Origin: Candidatus Methylomirabilia bacterium
GTDB lineage: Bacteria; Methylomirabilota; Methylomirabilia; Rokubacteriales; CSP1-6
Reading direction: 5' to 3'
Assembly (NCBI GenBank): GCA_041492755.1
Contig: JBGPXN010000009.1
Span: 1 to 53,462, forward strand
DNA length: 53,462 nucleotides
Shown here: one piece after another, positions 48,441 to 53,462 of the stretch
Numbering within the stretch: position 1 is the stretch's first letter
How the letters are laid out: each line of letters starts with the position of its first letter
The notes under the pieces: model-generated
What the model was told of the DNA's origin: nothing
The model's input: the letters and a program-made list of their open reading frames with translations, nothing else
The model's database searches: none
Position numbers and translations under genes: made by a program

Positions 48441-48815
48441 ATGGGCTTCCTGCTGCGGGTGCTGATCAACACGGCCGCGATCTACCTCGTGGCCCACATC
48501 GTCGCCGGCATCGAAGTCAGCGGTGTCGGGGCGGCCCTCGGCGCCGGCCTCGTGCTCGGCGTCGTCAACGCGGTCGTGCGTCCCGTGCTCGTGGTCCTCA
48601 CCCTTCCCGTCACCCTGATCACGCTCGGACTCTTCCTGTTCGTCCTCAACGGGCTCTGCCTGTGGCTGACGTCGCTCGTCGTGAAGGGTTTCGTGGTGCG
48701 CAGCTTCTGGTCGGCCGTGCTCGGCGCGCTCATCATCAGCGTGGTGAGCTTTATCCTGACCGCCGTGGTCAGCGACACCGGCCGGGTGATGGTGATCACC
48801 CGCCGGCGGGAGTGA
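48441..48815 (+). CDS. 4TM membrane protein (YvlD/DUF360, 'phage holin family')
   Basis: GVVNAVVRP...LTLPVTLITLGLF...NG. Confidence 0.85.
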   Translation: MGFLLRVLINTAAIYLVAHIVAGIEVSGVGAALGAGLVLGVVNAVVRPVLVVLTLPVTLITLGLFLFVLNGLCLWLTSLVVKGFVVRSFWSAVLGALIISVVSFILTAVVSDTGRVMVITRRRE

Positions 48816-48818
48816 GCG

Positions 48819-51245
48819 CTACTCGGCGCGGCCGCGGACTTCGTCGATCGCCGACGGCCGTTCCAATCGCGGGTTCGCCAGGTCGACGGTGACGCGGAGC
48901 GCCCGGAGCCCGTGCACCCCCTGCAGCTCGTCCAGGTCCAGGTCTTCCGGCTCGCCGATCAGGTAGCCGAGGTGTTGCAGGTACTCGAGATACCCGCGGT
49001 ATTCCACGGCTTCGGACGGTTGCGTGTAGACGATGACGATCTTGCCGGGCTGGGTCGCCCGCTCGCCGCTGCCGCGGACGACGGCTTTGTCGATGCGCTT
49101 CTTGACGATCTCGTAGCGCACGTCGTAGGCGCCCGCCACGTCGAACCGCTTCTCGTCGAAGCGGAAGTGGATGGAGAGCGGGGCGTCTTGCACCAGCACC
49201 AGGTGCGTCATGTCGAGGGGCACCGGGAGCTCGTCACGGAGCTGGTGGGAGCGCAGCGCGATCCCGCACGTCACCATGAGCTGCCACAGTCGGAGGTTCT
49301 TCAGATAGAGGGGATCGAAGCGTCCGTCTTCGAGCAACGACGCGCCGACGTAGATCTGGTGGTCCACGCCGTCGGTCTTCTGCTTCTCGAAGTAGTGCGG
49401 GAACATCGCCTGCGCCGTCTGCTCTTCGAGGTCGATGTAGGCTGACACCGCATCCGCGAGCCGCGTCACGCTCTGCTCGAACAGCCGCCGGCGGTCGTAG
49501 ACGGTGCCGCGGCGTGGATCCAGCGCCGCACGGTACGCCTCGATCTTGTCCCGCACCCCGGCGCCCAATCCTTGAAGATGCTCGAACAGCGACTCCACCT
49601 CGGAGCGCAGGAACGCCACGATGCCGACCTCGTCACCCGACCGCGCGCCCTCTTCGATCCGCGCCAGGTGCTTGTCGATCCGGTACAGCAGCTCGTCCAG
49701 CACGGGCAGTCGCTGGGCCCGGTGCGCGGCCACCACGACGTCCCGGGCGAGGCGGGTCTGGGTGACGAGGTCGGCCTGGATGGCCAGCGCCCGGTGCGTC
49801 GAGGAGCCCCGGATGTCCGACAGCGCGTAGAGTGGGTACACACCCTCGAAGACGATCGGCTCGATCTCACCCAGCGCTTCGGCGTGGGCCCGGCTGGCGC
49901 GCTCGACGCCGTCGAGGATGGCGCGCCGGAACCGCCACTCGACCACCGGGTGGATGGCGGTGCACTTTTCCTTGATCAGCGTCTGGACGCGGTCGTCGAG
50001 CTCCTTGAGGCTGCGCTGGACGGCGACGGCGAAGAGCGGCAGCACGTCGTGCAGCTTCGGCAGGTGCGTCGCGTTCAGATCCCCCGGGTTGGGCGAGTTC
50101 AGCTCGAGGGTACCGATCACTTCGTCCTGGTAGATCAGCGGGGCCACCACCAGGTTGCGCACGCCCTCGCAGAACAGGTGCTCTTCGGCGCGCGTCCGAG
50201 GGGAGAGCGTGGTGAGGTCGTCGACGATCACCGGTTGACCGGAGTCGACCGCCCGCTGGTAGGCGGAGCCGGCGAACTCGGAGGTCTTGTGGTGCGCGGA
50301 GTCGGCGAAGATGCAGGCGTGCTCGAGCTTGGAGCCGTAGTTGAGCACGAGCACCTGATCGCCCTGGAGCGCGGCCAGGCCGAACTGCAGCTCGGGCCGC
50401 CGGAACAGCGTCCGCAGCGCGGCCTGGAGATTGGCGAACCGGGCCGGGGAGACGATCGACTCACGGTCGATCAGATCGCGCTTGATCCCGGACAGCACTT
50501 CCTGGTCGGTGACGTCGATGGCGCGGAAGATCGTGAAGCCGCGGAAGAGGAACCGCTCGGGGGGCAGCAGCACGCGCAGGGCTTCGGGATCGAGGATGTG
50601 GCTGCAGAGCTGCGCTTCGAGCTCGCCGGTGAACTCCGGCACCGCACCGACCGGCTCGACGTCCACGAACCGCCAGTCGAACTCCATCTTGAAGTGTCGG
50701 TCGAGACCGGTCTGCGGATCGGTGGCCGTGAGCACGAGCGGATACTCGATCTCGCGCGGGACGCCGTAGACGCGCTCCAGCACCAGGGCGTAGGCGAGCA
50801 GGCGGCGCAGCGTCCCCACCATCGGCGCGTCGACGTTGATCCGCCCACGGAGCCCCCCGTCCTCGGCGCTGAGCAGCCGCTCGAACGCCGGGGTGCCGTA
50901 GAAGCTCCGGAGCTGGAAGGGGATGAGCGCGGCCTCGTACTCCTGGTCGAAGAAAGCCGGCGGGAACACCGCCGCCATCAGGACGTCCACGAGCTTGCGG
51001 TGCCGCTGGATGACGTCGAGGTCGGTGATGGGCTCGAGCAGCTCGGGCGCTCGCTCGACTCCCTCGCGCACCATCCGGACGAACGTGCCCTTGACGGAGT
51101 CGTCATCGCCGAAGGTCCGCGTCCAGAACGCCACCAGAGGCGCGAGGCTCAACTCGCAGCGAAACGGGAAGGCGTCCGCGTCGGCTCGGCGCGCCAGCTC
51201 GAGGTCGGTTGCGCGCCGGGTGGAGCCGGATCCGCCGAAAGTCAT
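48819..51245 (-). CDS. large GAF-domain protein with no recognised output domain
   Basis: Central GAF (VAPLIYQDEVIGTLELNS); TAIHPVVEWRF, FEKQKTDGVD, YEIVKKRIDKA. Confidence 0.75.
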   Translation of the reverse strand: MTFGGSGSTRRATDLELARRADADAFPFRCELSLAPLVAFWTRTFGDDDSVKGTFVRMVREGVERAPELLEPITDLDVIQRHRKLVDVLMAAVFPPAFFDQEYEAALIPFQLRSFYGTPAFERLLSAEDGGLRGRINVDAPMVGTLRRLLAYALVLERVYGVPREIEYPLVLTATDPQTGLDRHFKMEFDWRFVDVEPVGAVPEFTGELEAQLCSHILDPEALRVLLPPERFLFRGFTIFRAIDVTDQEVLSGIKRDLIDRESIVSPARFANLQAALRTLFRRPELQFGLAALQGDQVLVLNYGSKLEHACIFADSAHHKTSEFAGSAYQRAVDSGQPVIVDDLTTLSPRTRAEEHLFCEGVRNLVVAPLIYQDEVIGTLELNSPNPGDLNATHLPKLHDVLPLFAVAVQRSLKELDDRVQTLIKEKCTAIHPVVEWRFRRAILDGVERASRAHAEALGEIEPIVFEGVYPLYALSDIRGSSTHRALAIQADLVTQTRLARDVVVAAHRAQRLPVLDELLYRIDKHLARIEEGARSGDEVGIVAFLRSEVESLFEHLQGLGAGVRDKIEAYRAALDPRRGTVYDRRRLFEQSVTRLADAVSAYIDLEEQTAQAMFPHYFEKQKTDGVDHQIYVGASLLEDGRFDPLYLKNLRLWQLMVTCGIALRSHQLRDELPVPLDMTHLVLVQDAPLSIHFRFDEKRFDVAGAYDVRYEIVKKRIDKAVVRGSGERATQPGKIVIVYTQPSEAVEYRGYLEYLQHLGYLIGEPEDLDLDELQGVHGLRALRVTVDLANPRLERPSAIDEVRGRAE

Positions 51246-51343
51246 CCCCTGAATTCTACCCCCTATGAAGACTTGGATGCCGGCCGGGGCCGGGGGGGAT
51301 TCCGCCCCGGATCGGTCGATGGCTCGGGGTGGGGGGGATGGCG

Positions 51344-52138
51344 CTAGATCGACACCGTCGATGGGTGGAGGCCGAGGGGCAACGCGATCTTGTAATAGGA
51401 GGCGAGGAAGCCCTCCCACCACTCGCGGCGCTCACCGCCCCGCGCGACCTCGGCAAAGAGTTGCAGGCTCTCGTCCTGCCAGCGCTGGATGACGTCGAGG
51501 TTGGCGGGATCGTCCTCGACGAGCGCCTTGACGAGGGCGCGGGCAAAGCTGATGTGCCGTGTCTCGTCCCGGATGCGCGCGCGATGGTTCACCGCGGACA
51601 GGACGTCGCCCCGCGCCTCGGCGCCGTCGGCGAGCACGGCGAAGGTGCCGGGTCCGGCCGCGCCCTCGGCCACGAAGTTCGCCTTGACGAGGATCTCGAT
51701 GGTGTCCTCGAGCTCGAGCACGTGGCGAAAGAAGCGGCAGGTCGTGCCGGGCGCTTCCCACGCGGCCAGCCAGTCGCGCTCGCGGATGCCCGCGCGCTCG
51801 AACACCTCGCGATCCATCTCCAGATGCCGCTGCTCGTCGGCGAGCTGGAACAGGCAGCACTTCTTGAGCTCTTCGAACGGCGCGTGGGCGGCGGCGGTGG
51901 CGATGTAATGGGTGGCCGAATCCTCCGACCAGTAGTTGTTGGCGAACTGATCGATCGCGCGCTCGAGATAGCGCGGGCTGACGGTCTTGTACGCGAGCGC
52001 GTCGGCCGGGATGGTCGCCTTCTCCGCGAGGTAGCGCTCCCGCTCGCGCGTCTGCAGCGCGACGTAGCGCTCCCAGCTGAGGTTCGCGGGATCCTTGAAG
52101 CGGCTGGGGTCACTGAGCACGAGTCGCTTGCCGGCCAT
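51344..52138 (-). CDS. ferritin-like di-iron protein
   Basis: WSEDSA, LADEQRH, FVAEG, RDETRH; GGAGG RBS before ATG 52138. Confidence 0.8.
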   Translation of the reverse strand: MAGKRLVLSDPSRFKDPANLSWERYVALQTRERERYLAEKATIPADALAYKTVSPRYLERAIDQFANNYWSEDSATHYIATAAAHAPFEELKKCCLFQLADEQRHLEMDREVFERAGIRERDWLAAWEAPGTTCRFFRHVLELEDTIEILVKANFVAEGAAGPGTFAVLADGAEARGDVLSAVNHRARIRDETRHISFARALVKALVEDDPANLDVIQRWQDESLQLFAEVARGGERREWWEGFLASYYKIALPLGLHPSTVSI

Positions 52139-52172
52139 GGCCCGCCTCCAAGCTCTTTGCGAGGATGCAGCC

Positions 52173-52201
52173 AGAGTAGGGTTGCCCCCGACGGCTGTCA
52201 A
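52173..52201 (-). promoter_or_regulatory. sigma70 promoter of the ferritin-like gene
   Basis: TTGACA-N17-TACTCT. Confidence 0.7.
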
Positions 52202-52261
52202 TCGCGCGCCGGGATTGCGCTCCGGTCGTCTCGGAAGGCGCGTGCCCATCGGGGTTGCGCC

Positions 52262-52282
52262 AGAGAAGGCCTGTAAGCCGGG
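52262..52282 (-). mobile_element. isolated 3'-end fragment of RNase P RNA (rnpB), a putative att site
   Basis: CCCGGCTTACAGGCCTTCTCT matches the conserved rnpB end (ACAGAA)CCCGGCTTACAGGCC; the upstream ACAGAA and GAGGAAAGTCC are absent. Confidence 0.5.
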
Positions 52283-52463
52283 AACGTGTCCTCGGCGTCC
52301 AAGTCCGCGCTACTCCTCGCATTCAGCCCCCCGATGTTACCGGCCAGCCCACTGAACGGATAAGCAGGGCCGTCGGCTCCGATACATCGCGCTTTACGGG
52401 GGACACCACGCGGACGAGCAGGGTCGGGCGTGCTGTTCACCGTCACGCGGGCGTGGGAAGACG

Positions 52464-52859
52464 GTGACGAAATCGGGTCTCGCGCCAGCCCCGGATTCAC
52501 GGCCTCCGGCTCGCCAGAGCCCCCCAGAGCAACGCGGCGCGTTGGGGGAATGGACGTGTAGCGCCCCCGGGTGTCTCCGGCCCTTCCAGGCCCGTCAGAC
52601 GGGCGGGCATCCGCAGCGGTTCTGCTCACCTCGATGCCGGCGCCGAGCGGATGCGGACGTCAGGCGCCGCGGTCGCGCGCTCGCCAGGGTGCGGCGAGCA
52701 CGGCGAGCCTCACAGCGTCTTGAGTCGTTCTGGCGCTCCGGGGTCGATGCCGTCACGCGCCGCAGCGTCCGGGTCGCCATCACCGCGCCGTCGGCCTTGG
52801 TCGTCCCGTGGGCATCCAGCTCGTGTGAATCCAAGGCGCCCGCGGCGGGCTCGGCATAG
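52464..52859 (+). CDS. hypothetical zinc-finger, Arg-rich protein
   Basis: CSAPGC...RFCSPRC; start uncertain. Confidence 0.35.
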   Translation: MTKSGLAPAPDSRPPARQSPPEQRGALGEWTCSAPGCLRPFQARQTGGHPQRFCSPRCRRRADADVRRRGRALARVRRARRASQRLESFWRSGVDAVTRRSVRVAITAPSALVVPWASSSCESKAPAAGSA

Positions 52860-52907
52860 AATCCACGAGTGGCTCCCTGGCGCACCGCCAGAGAGCTAGG
52901 GGCCGCG

Positions 52908-53462
52908 ATGCCACTCTCGACCAAGAAGCTAATCGTCTATCTCGATCAGAATCTGATAAGTGACATCGTCAAGGCCACAAGTTCTGGTCGAGACCCACGC
53001 GGCTTACTACCGCTGTTTGAGGTGCTTAAGACAGGGCTCCGAGAAGAGAAGTTCGTATGTCCAATGTCTTGGCTGCACCGACAGGAGGGCAGTCTCACTA
53101 AGCTCGATCGCCGGATCGGGAGTCACTTCAGATACTTGGGTCAGCTTGACTTTCTACTGCCGTCCGAGATCCGTCAGCGTCAGTACTTCAATGCTGTGAG
53201 CGCATTTCTGGGCGAAGCCGCATCCTACGGCGACTGGCAACTATGCTTTGGCGAACATCCCGATGCCCGGATCCGCCGATTCATGCTCGAGGCCAATCTC
53301 GACCTGACGATCTTTAACTATCGCGAGGAGCGATCGCGATGGGCCAGTGAGTTGAACGACTTGGTGCAGAGCCGAGGTCACATCTCCTTCGCGACACAGC
53401 TTGAGGAAGAGCGTCAAGCCGCGCAGACATACCATGCAGAATATTCGTTCGCCGTTCGTCAT
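52908..53462 (+). CDS. PIN-like domain protein, partial (runs off the right edge; not in ORF track)
   Basis: Open for 185 codons: MPLSTKKLIVYLDQNLISDI...FVCPMSWLHRQE...; lower GC than host genes. Confidence 0.7.
   Translation, partial: MPLSTKKLIVYLDQNLISDIVKATSSGRDPRGLLPLFEVLKTGLREEKFVCPMSWLHRQEGSLTKLDRRIGSHFRYLGQLDFLLPSEIRQRQYFNAVSAFLGEAASYGDWQLCFGEHPDARIRRFMLEANLDLTIFNYREERSRWASELNDLVQSRGHISFATQLEEERQAAQTYHAEYSFAVRH

Noticed and set aside
46219..48815. Prophage (holin-family gene plus ligase)
   Set aside because: DUF360-type proteins and LigD are common chromosomal genes, and there are no phage structural genes. Ku is absent here but may be encoded elsewhere.
3941..51347. Many long antisense or alternate-frame ORFs (e.g. 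28046-30136, 42820-44841, 46399-48234)
   Set aside because: They are shadows of real high-GC genes and carry no independent motifs.
52262..52500. Complete RNase P RNA, 6S RNA or riboswitch
   Set aside because: Only the terminal 21 nt match rnpB; no other conserved core motifs were seen.

Overview
High-GC bacterial chromosomal window. The gene content and repeat style suggest Ca. Rokubacteria/Methylomirabilota (inference). Most of it is metabolic and signalling genes: CoA ligases, UbiD, acyl-CoA dehydrogenase, thiolase+DUF35, an Opp-type ABC transporter, amidohydrolases, AsnB, TenA, a multi-GAF kinase and diguanylate cyclase, and LigD. Highlights not evident from the ORF track: (1) A complete 60-bp integron attC site plus a half attC delimit a ~1.16-kb two-gene cassette. 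It encodes a RusA-like nuclease translationally coupled to a PD-(D/E)xK+HEPN protein, flanked by decayed cassettes with no integrase; this is a candidate new defence or toxin-antitoxin system. (2) Two probable selenoproteins are split by in-frame TGA codons, each followed by a SECIS-like hairpin: a C-U-AEP-tail B12/radical SAM enzyme upstream of NfuA and an ATP-grasp ligase, and a U-GSC protein with its partner gene. (3) A 21-bp copy of what looks like the RNase P RNA 3' end marks the probable boundary of an integrated element that carries a PIN-like ORF and runs off the right edge. (4) A sigma54-driven STAS-GNAT fusion is coupled to a 7TM sensor. (5) Also present: palindromic REP-like repeats, a 3x23-bp operator-like array, several deletion-scarred pseudogenes, and three single-base frameshifts that may be sequencing errors. 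All protein family calls come from motif recognition; no database searches were run.
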